Positions 26,180 to 40,010 of a stretch of 64,000 nt of DNA are shown here, in pieces. The DNA lies in NCBI RefSeq assembly GCF_009834535.1, contig NC_045696.1, positions 58,654,001 to 58,718,000 of the forward strand. The letters run 5' to 3'. How positions within the stretch are numbered: the first letter of the stretch is position 1; each line of letters begins with the position of its first letter. The notes under the pieces were generated by a model. The model made no database searches and was not told the origin of the DNA. It was given only the letters and a program-made list of their open reading frames with translations. The translations under genes were made by a program, and so were the position numbers. The DNA is from Camelus ferus. Lineage: Eukaryota.

Positions 26180-26860
26180 TAAGTAGAATTTAACAGAAAA
26201 ACGGATAAGGTAGATGAAGAGGCTATTCAAAGAAGTAAAACTACAAATGACTTATAAACACGTGATATGAAAAAAATGTGAATCTCACTGGAAAGTAAAA
26301 AAGTACAAATGAAAACAGTGTTTTGCCTATTAAACTAACAAAGTTTTTTTTCTTTTTCCACTATAGTAATGTTGGCAAGAACGTAACAGAACAGAGACCC
26401 TCCCACATCATTAGTGGGGATGTGAAGGCACAACCCTTCTGGAAAGCAATTTGGCAGTGTGTATGAAGAGCTTTAGGAATGTTCATATTCTTCAGCCCAG
26501 ATTCAGTCCCTTCCTAGGAATCTGTGCTGCAGAAACTACTAGCTTGGGCAAGGCTTTATACCCAAGGATCATGAGAAAATTAAAAAGTGAGGAACAGCTA
26601 ATTGCTGAACAACTGGAGGAGAATTAAACAAATGACAATGCTTCAATACCCTGGAGTATGTCAAGGCCTTTAAAATGTCTTATTTGACGAAAATTCAACA
26701 TCATGGGGAAATTTTCAAAATATAATGTCAAGTAGGGTAAAAAGAGAATACAGAATTGCATATTCAGTATGATCCCAACTAAAAATAGATGTATGTTAAC
26801 AGTGATAGAATGTCTCAAGGTGCTGGGATTGTAAGCATTTTTAACTTTTTTCTTTAGACC
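26180..26860 (+). mobile_element. Old L1 (L1ME-like) 3' region
   Basis: aatgttggcaagaacgtaacagaacag...caacccttctggaaagcaatttggcagtgtgtat. Confidence 0.65.
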
Positions 26861-27514
26861 ATTGAATGCTTTCCTACTTCTCTATCATACATATGAATCT
26901 TAAAAGAGAAAAATGTCAAATTTATATTAAAAAGAGGAAAAACATACATGCTTTTACTCTGAGCATGGCAGGCTGAAGGAACTGCTCGCTCTACATAGAA
27001 GACAAGAGAATTCAAATGCCAACAAAACCAGGCAGAATAAGTCAAATGGGAAAGAGATTTGAACAAGAAAAAGAAGTCATATCTGGGCAGTAGAGACTAG
27101 GAAGGCTAAAACTGTCTGGATATGGAACTTGCAGCGTAGGCAGGATCCGGGCAGCCAGCACAGCAGTGGAGGGGCATCCAGGTGGCAAAAACAACCCTAA
27201 TAAAGGGGTGGAGGGAGAAAGGTGCAAGGCTGCCCGGGAAACACAAGGAAGTCAATGCTGACTGGGACAGAGCCGGCCAGGGGGACTGGCCAGAGATGGG
27301 GTGGGGCTCACAGCTGGATCACCAAGGACATCCATGTCAGGGTGAGGAGCTGGCGCATGACCCAGGAAGCATTAAAACCTCTTGGTGGCTGCATTTCCAA
27401 AAATAAAAGTACACTAACTTTCCAATTTATAAAATGTGCGTTCATTAGAGAACATTTCAGAATCATATAAAAAATCATTTTACCTGCTAAAGACAACCAG
27501 TGTTAACTGGTTTA

Positions 27515-27610
27515 TTCCTTCCTTCTTTCCTTCCTTCCTTCCTTCTCTACCTCTCTCCACTCCTTCCCTCCCTCCCTTATTTGTTCATTCTTTCTTTCTT
27601 TCCTTCCTAT
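27515..27610. repeat. (TTCC)n/(TTTC)n polypyrimidine low-complexity tract
   Basis: ttccttccttctttccttccttccttccttctct... seen directly. Confidence 0.85.
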
Positions 27611-28324
27611 CTACTCATGGTTTTTTGTTTTTGCTTTTGTGACGCTGGGATCTTACTATTTCTGTAATCTGGTATTCTGCCTTTTTTCACTCAACATTAT
27701 AACATAAGCATGTTCCCCTGTTATTACAGCTCTGAATGCTGCAGGCTTTCAACAGGGAAATGTGATCAGAGCTGCACTTCGGGAAGATGAACTGGACAGC
27801 CGGGAAAGATGTAGTGACAAGGAAGGTGCAAAAAGAGAGGTGGGAAATGGCACAGACGAGAAGGACCAGGGCCTGAGGCGGGCTGGGAACCTGCAAAGGG
27901 AAGGAGGAATGGTGTTCAGGATGTCCCAAGCAAGGCATCTGCCAGGAGTGACTCTCCAGGGGAAGGGAAGTCTGGGGAAGGGCTGGTTCCAGGGCGAGAG
28001 GAATGAGTGAGACAGCGCCATGAAAGCTAACTGGAAAGGGGAGATTAAAGGAAGAGTTGGAGGGCCAACCAAGTAAAGTCTGTGGAAGAGGCTGAAAAGG
28101 TACCGTGAATCAGAGGTTGTCAGGGCCCCATGGGTGCCCTCTGAGGGAGATTAGGTCGAAGAGGGGTCCAGACTGCAAAGGGTTAAGACATAGGGGTGGT
28201 GAGGGGGACATTGTGTAAAGGTGACTCTCAGAGAGTGGAGGGAAAAGCAGGAGAACCTGATTTATCAGATTCAGCAGAGGGAGGGGAGGACTCCAGGGGC
28301 AAAGGAGGACAGGACCGCAGAGCT

Positions 28325-28610
28325 GCAGGCACCGCTACCCACAAAGGCAGCCGCCAGCCACACGCGGCTGTGAACACTTGGAATGTGACTAGTCTGAACT
28401 GAGGGGTGCTGAAAGTAAAATATACACAAGCATTTGAAATGGTTTTTATTTTAAGTACACGTTGAAAGGATATTCTGGAGATACTGGGTGAAATAAACAT
28501 ACATTGTTAAAACTAATTTCATTCATTTTTTTTAAAACATTTTTTGGCTATTGGAAAAGTTAAAATTATGCATGTGACTCTCATTATATTTCTGTTGGAC
28601 AGCACAGCTA
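28325..28610 (+). mobile_element. MER33-like hAT-Charlie element
   Basis: gccagccacacgcggctgtgaacacttggaatgtgactagtctgaactgag...attatgcatgtgactctcattatatttctgttggacagcac. Confidence 0.75.
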
Positions 28611-31600
28611 CAGAACAAAGAGGGAGGCAAAGCAAGAGGGACCGGGAGCACAGTGGACAAGGGACAGATCACAAGCTGATTTGCAGACTGTCAAACTGGT
28701 GTTTTGGAAAACTCAACAGTGAATTGACCGAGAGCCCCACCTTTGGGCCACAGAGAGACTGGCCTCCTTCCCTGCCCTTTAGGGGTTCATCTTCCAAAGA
28801 CTTAGATTCATTCATCTACCAGGCTCAGAGCAGACTTCAGGATGGCGCACCCTGCAGGAGACACTCCCTCTGGATTTTAGGAGCAAGAAATGTGCAGGAG
28901 AAAAGGGACAGGGGTGTCTGGAGGCTGAGGCTCAACAATAAGACCCCCAGGGACCAGAAGGTCTCAGACAGGGGCTCAGGTATAGACTGAGGTATTAAGA
29001 CTGTTTAGGTAGGATGTCAATGTTTCCAGCATGTCATGAAACTTGCAAGCTTTGGGAAGGTATATGAATTTAAAATCATGGGGAGAAAGGGTAGCCTAAG
29101 AGCAATGAATAAATGTCTGGAGGCAGCACAGTGTACAGAAAGGACTATGGACTTGGGAGCTAAATTCTCATCCTGGATTTGCTCCCCCACCGCTCCCCCC
29201 GCCAAAAAGTAAGCACTGTGGCTCTAAGCAAATCACTTGTCTTCTGTGGAGTTCAGCTTCCTCATCCATAAAACCAGAGAGGCAATGGGTGATGGCCAAG
29301 GTATCTACTACCTGGGATGGTCCAGGGAGCGGCCATGCAGCACCACGGCAGCACCACCACCGTCCTTAGCATTCCACTATGAACAGAGACACCACTTCCA
29401 GGATTTTCTGGGAAATCGATTTCAAATATTCTGTCCCCCATTACCCTGAAAGACAATGAAATGCTCGATATTTCAGCATATCAGCTGCAGCTTTAAGACA
29501 GCAAGTCATTCCTGATATCACACAGAAGTCTCCATCTGACCCATGCCGCATCTGTGGGGAATCCCAGAGGAAGCCAGAGTCCTCCAGAATCTATGCCAGG
29601 CAATGGCCCTCCTGACCCACCCCCAAGGTGTGGGAATCACATGTACAACGCAGTGTGGAAACACAGACGCATTCCCACACAAACCAAGGACATGAGTTGG
29701 GGCAGAGGGGATGAGGGTGACGGACAGGCTGGCTCGGTGGGAGTGCTTTGGAAAGGCTTCCAAGAGAAGCTAGATGGGGCTTTGCCATCCATAAACTGCT
29801 TCCCATGCAGTTCCCCAACCTCGGTGGTAAGGGAGTTTGCTCTGTGGCCTGGCAAGAAGTTTCGCGGGCTAGAAGTTTACTTATAATCTGAGTGTAAATG
29901 AAGTTTCTCTCCTCCCCAAATCTCATCTTAGAGAACAATTATCCAGTCCTACCTCCCCGAGTTCCCCCACCCTCAGCGTCCTCCTCCCCCTTCCAGGAAA
30001 GTCAGACAAGCTTTCATTGTTCTAGGTGAGCAGCAGTGACAGCTGAGGATGATGCTGGCTGCGGAGGTGGACGGAAGGAGCTGACACGATGCTGGGATCG
30101 GAGCAGGGGGAGGAGCACCCCACCCCAAACACTGCGTTTGGCTTTGCACCCCACACAGGTGAAGTGCGGCTTTCCCTCGTGCCTTCCCCTCCCACATCTC
30201 CTTCCTCCCTCCGCTCCTCACCTCCAGGGATCTGTTTTAGGTCTGCTGAACTTGGAAAGAAAAAAGAAACGCTAAAGAGAAAGTGAAATTGGCATCAAGC
30301 TACTTACCTAACCTCAACCTAAGTGCAGAGCATGTATGGGGCTGCGTCTATCTGTGTGGCAGGCCTGGGCCTGCTGTGAAAGACCCAGGATGGAGAGGTA
30401 CCCGGGGGCTGCTCAGGACAAGGCAGGCTTGCCAGCTCCATCAAGTACCTCAGCAGGGATTCTGGGGGTTCCCCAGAGGTTGCCTGGAGAGACAGGCAAG
30501 GAGATACAATGGGAGGAGTGCTATGCTGGGAGTCAGCGGACCTGGGTGTTGACCTTGTGACTTCAGGCAAGTCACATAACCTCCGGGGCTAGCTCTGAAA
30601 TGGAGCTAAGGACACCTGTGGATTTTCCCAGTGCAAACATGTTACAGGTATAAAGCAGTGTAAACTAGGCCCTGAACTGCTGGGAGGGGTGAGAACTGGA
30701 TGAAAGCCCCCAGGAGCTGGTCATGCCTCCTTCTGCTCACTGTTCTACCCTCACCCTCCAGGACAGAGGCTGACATACAGCAGAAACCAAAAAATTTGCT
30801 CATGAAATGAATACATGGATGAAAAGGACTTTGAGGGTTGCAGGGCACTTTCAAGGCCTTGAATATTCCAGCATACATCAGAAGACAGTCCAGACCCCCG
30901 GCAGTCTTTGCCTCTGACACTGAGCATCGAGCACAAGGTGGGAGGAAGGTTACAGGACCCCCATCTATGGGAATGCAAAGGGCTGCATCAGAATTAAATG
31001 AAACACAGATGAGGCCAAGAAAGATGAACAACAAATGTATTGTTAACTGTCATGGGTGCTAAGGGCTTGGAGATGGTTTCTACCAGAGAAAGGAGCCCAG
31101 AGGCAAGTTTATGTGTCCTAAGGTGCACAGCTCTGTTGGGCTGGGACCTGGGAGACCCGGGTGTGGTCTCGGTGAGTCCCTGACTGGCTGGCTGGCCTCA
31201 AGCAGACAGATCACTGCGAGATCCCTGAAGGCTGGCCTGGGAGGGGAAATGAGATGATGTGGAAATGAGGCTTGTGGAAAGGGTTGGTGAATAGCAAGGA
31301 TCTGGATTATTGTAGCATCAGCCCGCTTCCTCATAGGCTGGGACACCTTGGCAAGTCTGCTGGGTTCCAGGAGGTTTCTTCTTATGTAAAGCCGGAGAAC
31401 GTGACCTCACATCTCTCAGCTGCTTCCCAAGGGCCCTGAGATCCTAGGACTCTGGGGGCCTTCTCTATGATGTAACTCACTCTCCCCAAGAGAAAACCAA
31501 GAGTTGGCCCCAGTTACCACTCACTCCTAGTTGTCCTGCTAACAAGGGGTAGGAAGGTAAACCAGGGCTGGCACTGAGACTAAGGGCCCAATTCTTGGGA

Positions 31601-31909
31601 CAAAAGAAGTAATAAGAGTTAAGTATTCTTCCTCAGGGCCAGTAGAGACATGCCCTGGGTGCCAAGGGGTGAGCCATTAAACTCAACCACTACCGATGCA
31701 AGTCTATAAAAAGCACCCAGTGGGAAAAGTGTGGCAGATGTTCATGTGCAGACTGACCCCCTGCCCTCCAGAAACATACTCTCAGCTTGAAGGCCATCGG
31801 ATGGATTACAGATCATCATACTACCACCCTCCCACCATGTACCTTTAAAGTAGATAATTAAGATTAACCTTTTTATTTAAACAATAATTTTAAAGGCCGT
31901 GACAGAGAC

Positions 31910-32340
31910 TGTTAGTTGTCCACCTAAATTCATTCTCCCCTTCTTCTAAAACATCACACAGTAGCTGGACACATGGCTGCCCAGCTGGAGTATTTCTCAG
32001 CCAACCTTGCAGCTAGGTGTGGTCATGTGACTACATTCAGGTTGCAGGGATGTGAACAGAAGTGATGTGTGCCACTTCCATGCCACTTCCCTCTCCATCA
32101 TCAGACAAGTCCCTTGCCCTACCTGGACCAGCACTTTTTTTCATTTTCTTCAAGGCTGGAATATGAGTAGCCTTCAAACCTAGCTTTGACTTTACAGATG
32201 AGGATAATGTCCTCATGGGTAGTGGAACAACCTCATGGAATTGGACCAGGTCACTTTAGGACTACTACCTGAGAAAGAAAGAACCTCTCATCTTCTGAAA
32301 GTCACTGTATCTTGGTGTCTCTTTGTTACATGAATATACC
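31910..32340 (+). mobile_element. MaLR LTR (MLT1I/J-like)
   Basis: aattcattctccccttcttc...ccttgcagctaggtgtggtcatgtgact...agaagtgatgtgtgccacttcc...gtctctttgttaca. Confidence 0.7.
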
Positions 32341-32719
32341 TGAAAACAGCAGAGGTTTCTAAATTGGAGCATCCAATAGAGCCTAATCCCACTCTTCTTC
32401 CTCCTCTCCCACCACCTCCTTCAGTGCAGAAGGGAGAATCCACAACATGCAGAGCGCAGAAGCTACGGGAAGGCAGGATAGGGTCAGAGGTGTGAAGAGG
32501 GGAAGCCCACTTCAAAAACAGGGGAAGGTTTCCAAGGCAGTGGTCCTGACAAGAACTGGACCTGAGCCCAGAAACCAGACCAGAGACGAAGCAGAAGGAC
32601 TGGCTGGATCCTCAAGGACGGAAAGAAGTGGAGTGGCTGCACTCCACAAGCCGGGAAACAGAGGCCCCAGGGGAAGGAGAAGCAGGCTCTGCATTATTTC
32701 AAGCATGGCACAGGGAAAG

Positions 32720-32900
32720 GACAGGGGACCTGGTGTCAGAAGACCTGGGTTCAGGTCCCGGCTCAGTTACTTACGAGATGAGTGGTGTAGACTGAGTAAT
32801 GTTACCTTAGACAGCCTCAGATTCTTCTCCTAGAAAATAGAGAGATGCTATCTACCTCTCAAGGACTATTGGTAAACTAAATAGAGCAATAATACACAAT
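32720..32900 (+). mobile_element. MIR SINE
   Basis: gtcagaagacctgggttcaggtcccggctc...gcctcagattcttctcctagaaaatagag. Confidence 0.6.
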
Positions 32901-35900
32901 GTCAGAAGAGCAATTATTCTCCCTCTGCCTATCTGGGTTTAGACAGAGTGAAAGCAAGAAACTGAGAACCCCAACCAATCTCTGCCCAGTCCCGGAGGGG
33001 AGTGCAGTGGGAGGATAAGAACGTAGATCGGTATTTGTCAAGTGTCTTCAAGCGCAGGAACAGGGCTGTGGGCTTTTCCCAGAGCATCTCCCAGCGAAAG
33101 TGACACGTGACCAGACCCACAAGGGTTCTAGTCTGGAGCCTCAGGACCCTGTGCACAGGCAACCTGGCTTCTCTCACCCGGGCCTGGAGGACTGGACAAG
33201 GCTGCTGCTCCCACAGCCCTGAGGACAGAGGCCTCCGAAGATGGGGACCACCCCTGCTGGAGAAGGAGGCTCCTCTCCTGTGTCCAGTGGCCTCTGCAGG
33301 CTCTGGCCTGGGGACAACAGGCCCTCACTGGGAAGTGGAAGCAAAGACCAAAGCTTCCCAGGGAGGGGGTATCTCAGCAAGCTGCCAGGCCTGGGCCAGC
33401 TCAGGCAGGTGAACCTTAGCTTCTTATCTAACGAGCCCTCAGTGTTTCCGTTCAGCAGTGCAGGAAACAAAAGGTGCCCACGGGCCTCGTCTCAGGAGCA
33501 GCTGGGCCTCGGGCTTCTCCTGAGCCAGATTTGGAGGAGAGTTGGGGGGTTTGGAGAGAGTGGGGCAACAAAGTCCCTGAGGTGCAGTGAGACATGACAG
33601 AGGGCCTGGGACCCCCAGCCCAGCGGTTTCCCTCTCATCCTTGGGCCCTTTTTCCTCTTTGTTTTCTGCAATCCAAGTTCTTTTCTTTCTCCAAAAAGTT
33701 ATTTGAGTTGGGGGAGGAAAGTGTACCCCAGCTCAGCCCTCACCTGGCCCTGGAGGTGTCCCTGATACCCCAGCACCACCATCGGATAAGCCTTTCCTTC
33801 AGTCCCTTTGCCTCTCGGTCCCAGGGCACATTCAAGAGCCTTTGACTTCTCCTGAAAGGTGAGCTCCCACATCAGGCCCATGCCTCTCCTTTTGCTTCAG
33901 TTTACCCCCATGTTCCCTGCTAGAAGGCCGACTGCTGTCAGTCCCAGCTGCCCATACCCACCCCAGCCCTGCTGCGGCCAGTCCTCCTCACTTCTCCCCA
34001 AAGACCGGGCAGCAGCACTCTGCTCCGCCCCCAGAACGCAGGCCGAGGGAGCATTTCCCGGGAATGCTGTGGGATCCGGGAAAGCATCACAATGCCCTGT
34101 GGGGCAGGATATCAACCCCCAAACGGCACCTCAATCCCGAGAGCGCTCAGGCGAGAGGAACCAGGAGATTCCTTTCTCCTCCCCATCTTGGGGAAGCAGA
34201 GTCCTTCCCAGGGCTCAGGGGTGGATGCAGACAGAAAAGACACTGGAGTGGTACCTGAGCCAGCAACACCAGATGCTCCCCATTCCCAGCCACACACATG
34301 TGCCTGGAGTGACAGAACGTGAGAACCAGAGAGGCGAGGAACACAGCAGCCCGCCTCCCCACCACCAAACCACCCAGTGCCTGCCCACACCAGCAGTGAG
34401 GGCAGGAAAGCCCAGCCGGGCTTGTGGCCGGCAACAGGGCCACTCCTGACAGTCTGCTGTGGATCAAGGTCTGCACTGAGGGAGCTGCCTGTGGAGAGGA
34501 AGCCCTGGGTGAACCTGGTCTGAAGCAAACGGCCACTCCTCTAATAAATCAGCTTTGCAAGTCTGGATGTTTGTCAACCAGGCTTTCTTAAAGAGGGCCA
34601 CAGCTACAGCAGACAGCAAAATCTGGCAAATCCACCTTGAACCCCAGGGAACCTGAACCCTGACAAGCAGAGGAGAGGGTAGAGGTGCTTGGAAAGATGG
34701 GCACTTGGCAGCTGGTTCTCTCCTGGTCAGTTCAGGTCCTCATCCACTCTGGGAATTATCCACAGCAGATTACTACCCAGGGTCAGCCAGGCTGCTCTCT
34801 GCGTGCAGAGACAACATTTTGCAGAGCCTCCACACACCAAGCCATGCTTAGCATGCTGCAGGTACTTGATAAATGCTGGGTGAGCAGGAGAATGGGCAAA
34901 CACGTCAAGGAATGGTTGGCTTGTCCTCACCCTGGCCATTTCCAGGCAGTGATATGTACGCAAGGAGTACAGATTGATCTGACCTCAGCATGAGCCCAAA
35001 ATAATTAAGAGAGGAAGTCTGCTACAAATCATGCAGTGCATTCCAAACTATCAAATGCATTTAGAAATCCTCTGCCGTTTGGTATTATCCATGCCTCTGG
35101 CTTCCTAGCTTAATGCAGCTAACTGGATGGACACCCAGAGGGATGGGGGACTCTTGGAGCCTATCAGTCTCAGCTGGGCTGCTTCAGGAGCCAGAATGGG
35201 GCTGGGAGAACGAGGGCTTGGGGTGGGGTGGGGAGAATTTGTCCCCCCACCCCCACGGTCTCGCAGCAGTGACCACCCTTTCTGTCCTAAAAGGCCCTGG
35301 GGATGGAGTTGAGGCTGGAGTCCTGGTGAGCATCTCAAGTGCTAGCACAAGCCACATAAGCTAAATTGCCCTTGTCAAAACAGACTGCTGCAGGCACTTG
35401 CAGGGCTGGGCCAGGTTTTCATCACTGCCACTGGCTGAGCTGCGGAATTTGGCCAAGAAGCCAAGAGCCCCCCAGGTAGGAGGGGATCAGGCCTGAGGGA
35501 GCACAGGCCCTGGGCCGGAGTCCAGTCCCATTTCATCTGCGTGGTCACTTGGTAACCTTTGGATACATCTCTTGACCTTTTGGCTCCTATTCAGTCAGGA
35601 TAAGCCCTCCCTATATTTGATGGAGAAGTTTCTGCTGATCAGCACCGTCAACTCCCAACTCTCCATAATAGGGCAGTCAAATCAGTATGTGGCCTCTGCC
35701 TTCAAGGCACTCACAGTTAGGTGGAAAACACAGGAGAAACCATACAAACTGGATGAAAAGCAAGAAGGCTGGGTTAAGACTGCAAACATCTCTATGGGCC
35801 ACGGAGGCCAAGACAGGCTTCAGGGAGCGGGTGGTGAGGTTTGGGTGCGGAGCTAACTAGGGTTTGGATGGGGAGGGAAAATTTGCAGATGAAAGTGACA

Positions 35901-35922
35901 GCCCTCAAAAAAATCATGGCAT

Positions 35923-36067
35923 CGGGGGAGGGTATAGCTCAAGTGGTAGAGCTCATGCTTAGCATGCACAAGGTCCTGGGTTCAATCCCCAGTACCTCTA
36001 AAAATAAACAAATAAACCTAATCACCTCCCCCCTCAACAACAACAACAAAATTAAAAATAAATAAAT
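35923..36067 (+). mobile_element. tRNA-Ala(AGC)-derived SINE, Vic-1-like (camelid), with 12-bp TSD
   Basis: GGGTATAGCTCAAGTGGTAGAGC...CTTAGCATG...GGTCCTGGGTTCAATCCCCAGTACCTC. A box at 35935-35946, B box at 35979-35988. Tail aaataaacctaatcacctcccc plus A-rich end. TSD aaatcatggcat at 35911-35922 and 36068-36079. Confidence 0.88.
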
Positions 36068-36261
36068 AAATCATGGCATGGCTGTAAAGAGGCCACAGAA
36101 GGAACAGGGAGTGACAGGTGATAACACTGCACCGAGCTGTGGTCCTGATGTCAACCACTGTCTACCAGGATGGGAAGCTTGGCTTGGTATCATAAGCAGT
36201 AAGGAGCCCCTGCAGGTTGGTGAGGGGTGGGGGGAGTTTCATGATGAAATGATATTTAATA

Positions 36262-36425
36262 GCACCTGCTGCTTATTGAGTGCCTACAATGTGCAGGTAT
36301 AACCTCCTTTAATTCTCATGACAGTCCTACAAGATGAGTGCAATTAGAATTCCCATTTTACAGACAAGGACATTTGCAAGGTTCAGCAACTTGTCCAAGT
36401 TCACACAGCTAGGAAGTGGTTAACC
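36262..36425 (-). mobile_element. MIR SINE
   Basis: ttattgagtgcctacaatgtgcagg...cccattttacagacaagga...aacttgtccaagttcacacagctaggaagtgg. Confidence 0.7.
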
Positions 36426-38749
36426 ACTATGCTACACTGGCCCCCAAGAAGGAAGAATAAGTTGTTTGCAGTTGCAAAGAGGTACTGAGATGGCAAAAGG
36501 GAGGAGCCACAGCATCTACCAACTGGGAGGCTGGGTCTGCAGGCCAGGAATACTGTTGCATTAGGGGGATGAGAATGGGTGTGGGGCTGGAAAGGAGAGA
36601 TGAATCCAAGAGATTCCATGAGGAAAGTAGTGACAAAATTTGGGAATAACCCACCCCAAGCCTGGGGAGACTCAAATGTTTAGAGGACCCTTGGCAGAGA
36701 TGGAAAAGTTGAGAAGGGCACCAAGTATGGGGCAGACAATGAGTTGAGTCCACATGATGGATGCTGTTGAGTCTCTGCTCCTTGTGTTCTTCTCCCACAT
36801 AACCTAACCTTCACCGGCAGCTCAGGTCTTCACCAGTTACCCTCCAGAACACTGACACTCCCACCATCCCTCATCCCCTCCACAGGCCCCATGTCTCGAT
36901 GACACTGCCACCCCTATGAGAGTCCCTTCCCCAGGGAAGCACATCTGTTCCGGGGGGTGGGGGGGATGGACAGGATCTGGTTAGTGTCTGCTCACTGCCA
37001 CGGAGTCCAAAGTGGGGGGCTTATTATTTCCAAGTCCATGCATGTGAAAGCATGCACGCGTGTTTCAAGATCCTGAGATATAAACAGCTCTGCCTCTAAG
37101 AAGGAAGCACACTCTCATTTTTCCTCAGTGGATGACAAACAGAGAGAAACCAGGCGCTGAGCTTTCCCAGGTCCTGCTGCCAGTAATCTCAGCCAAGAGG
37201 GCTCTCCACAGGGTGTCCTTCCTGAAGACTCGGGCTCTGATGGTCAAGTGTCAAGGCATCCCCCAAACACTCCAGCCTACCCTGCTCTGGGCTCAGCCAC
37301 CCAGCTGGGACAGGCTGCTCTGTTCCTGGTTTTCAGAGCAACCTGGAGAATGAAGGATATTTACAACCAAGGTCAGCAGGCACAATCTTGCTTTCTTGAC
37401 AAAGAATGTCTGTGGCTAAGAGTTTGCCCCAAGAATGCACGAGGCATCAGAGGGACATGAGGCTTCTAAAGGCTGGCTTCATCCTTCAGTGTTCAATGAG
37501 GGCCCACTGGGTGCTGTACACTTTGGCATCTGGGGATGCTGGATGGGGCAGTCACACAGCAGGTAGACAGCTGGGAAGCTGGGCAGGGTGACTTCGAAGG
37601 CCTCGTTTAGCCCTGCGTAGCAAACACCTTGTTCACCTATCCACGTCAGCATCTGTCTCAGTGATTCTTGGGCTCTCACAGTGAGGAGGTCTAGAAGAGT
37701 CCCACGGCTGGGCTCCGTGCAAGACTTTAGAGTAGTGGTGGGCATTATGGTGGTGATAGTGATATGGGTTTTTTAGCCCCAAACTTGACATCTTTCATGG
37801 CTGTTTGGGGGCATGTGTGCAGCAGACAGGGAAGCCCTCAATCTGCCTGCTCTGCAAGGGGTAGGGGCTGCAGTGGGGCAAGACTCAAGGACAGCTGGGC
37901 AGGTCTGTCTGTCTCAGCAGGACTGTGACTAAGGTGGTCCTTGGTCTGGGGGCCCACAGGATTAAAGAGCAAGGAAATGCCAAGAGTGTAGCCGAGGTGT
38001 CACAGTTAAGGAGTACAGGGGCAGGCTCTGGACCTGGCACTTCCATAAGAGAAATGAGAATATCTTCTGAGGACTGTTAAGTTCTTTCCACCTGGGGCCT
38101 CCCTGCCCAGGCTACATATTTTTGAAAAATGTCTCATCAGGAGGAGGGGACACTTGTTCCTGGAGGCCTTTCCTTTACTTGAGGCCTCAGGATGTAACTT
38201 GCTCAGTGGAAATCACACTGGCCGACAGCCAGTCCACCCACCAGGTGCACACCCAGGGAGGTCTAAAATACACATAACAATGAACCCCTCACCGTTAGCC
38301 CCAGCTGCCGCCCAGAGCAGAGGGGGCCGGGTGAGACCAGAGGATGAACTGGCCAGAAAGAGAGGGTGAAGGAGAGAAGTCTGGGCAGGCAGGAGGAAGG
38401 AACCAGCGCCAAGCCCTCAGCAAGAAAAAGGCAGGAAGAAGAAGTTTCACTGAAATATTCCCAAAGCTTAATTTTAGACAATAGTTCCTTTCTCCACCAG
38501 CATTCTTCCCAGGATTAGGATTTGCATCTGGTGAATTCCCGCCATCCCCTGGGGATGTTTCATCCTCTGGTGTTTCAAGCATAGAGCACTTTTTATCTGT
38601 GCCGAGGCAGGCCAATGGAAAGACGTGCCCTGGCAAGAAGCAGGCAACCTTGGAGTGTGGCTTTTCTAAAATCATACACGTGTTCCTCCACGCAAACACA
38701 CACACCTGTCCACCTCCAGGTGCTGAGGGCAGAGCAGACAAGAACTGAT

Positions 38750-39365
38750 GCTCCACACAGCAGCCAAGATGATCCTTTCAAAACATGAATTTGATCATGT
38801 AAACTACACATCATCTCACACTTCAAACTTCAATAACTTCCAAGTCTCTTGGAATAAAATCCAATCTCCTTAACTCAGCTACATGGGCTTGTGTTATCGG
38901 CCTCCCTCTGCATCTCCAGCCTCATCTCATATCACCTCTTGCTATCACTACCTTGATTTCAATCCCTGCTCCATGCTGCCACAGGGCGTTTGCAAATGCT
39001 GGTCCCTTTCCCAAGAAAACTCCACTCCCACACCTCTTTACCTAGTTACCCTCTACCTCTTCCTTTAGACTGCAGCCAAATATCTAATTCCTCTGAAAAG
39101 CCTTTTCTGACCTCCCAAAATGATGTCCTCCAATAGCCAACATGGGCCTATGTCTCTCTCTCTTTTGTGTTGAGTACAGCTGGAATTTTATTGTTACCAG
39201 TAGGATTTCTCATCAGTGTATAACTTCCCTACTAGACTGAGAGCTCCACGAGGGCAAGGCCTGTCTGCTTACCAGTGAAACATCAGCACTTGGCATGGTG
39301 CCTGACAAATAATAAATGGTCAGGAAACTGCATGAATGAATGAGTGGATGAATGAATGAATGGGC
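38750..39365 (+). mobile_element. L2 LINE 3' region
   Basis: ctccacacagcagccaagatgatcctttcaaaacatgaatttgatcatgt...cccactagactgagagctccacgagggcaagg...tgaatgaatgagtggatgaatgaatgaat. Confidence 0.75.
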
Positions 39366-39666
39366 AAGAAAATCAAACCAGTTATGAGCTGGACATTCTC
39401 CACAGCTAGATCCATAACTCTACTTGAGAACAAAGCTGAGAAACAGCCTGGGCATAGCAGACACCTGCCCCACCTCTTCACCCTAAGCCCAGAAACCCTT
39501 CCTTCTCCAGTGTGTTTACTCAACTCTGATCTTCACAGACTCACCAAATTTGAGACCCCAAGAGGGCTTGACTCTACCTTTTCAGATGGGTTCAGTGCCC
39601 AAGATCACACTTTCAAGTAGCAGGACAGCAGGGCTACATCAGGCCCCTTGACTCCAATGTGCTGCT

Positions 39667-40010
39667 GTGTTAGTCAGAACAGGCTAGGCTAAGCTGCAGA
39701 AATGAATACACCCTGACAACTCCAGGGCTTAGCTCCATACAAGTTCAGCTCTGGCTCAGAAAAAAATGTGATACAGGCCAAGTGGCTCTACTCTCTCCCT
39801 CTGGCCTATGTGGAAGGTCCATGTCAGGGCACTGCGGAAAGGCAGAAGAGAAGGCATGGGGTATTTTCATGGGCCAGGCCTGGAGGTGGTATACACTGAG
39901 GTGTACATGGCTCTTGCCCATATTCCACTGGCTACAACTCAGTCATATGGCCCCAAATTAACTGTGAGGGAGGCTCAGGAGCACAGCCTTCCCAAGCACC
40001 CATAGAGAGA
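39667..40010 (-). mobile_element. MaLR LTR (MLT1K-like)
   Basis: tgtgttagtcagaacaggctaggctaagctgcag...cccatattccactggctacaactcagtcatatggcccc...aactgtgagggaggct. Confidence 0.6.

Noticed and set aside
35928..36000. Functional tRNA-Ala gene
   Set aside because: Acceptor and anticodon stems have mismatches, and it is followed by a SINE tail and flanked by a TSD rather than a T-run terminator.
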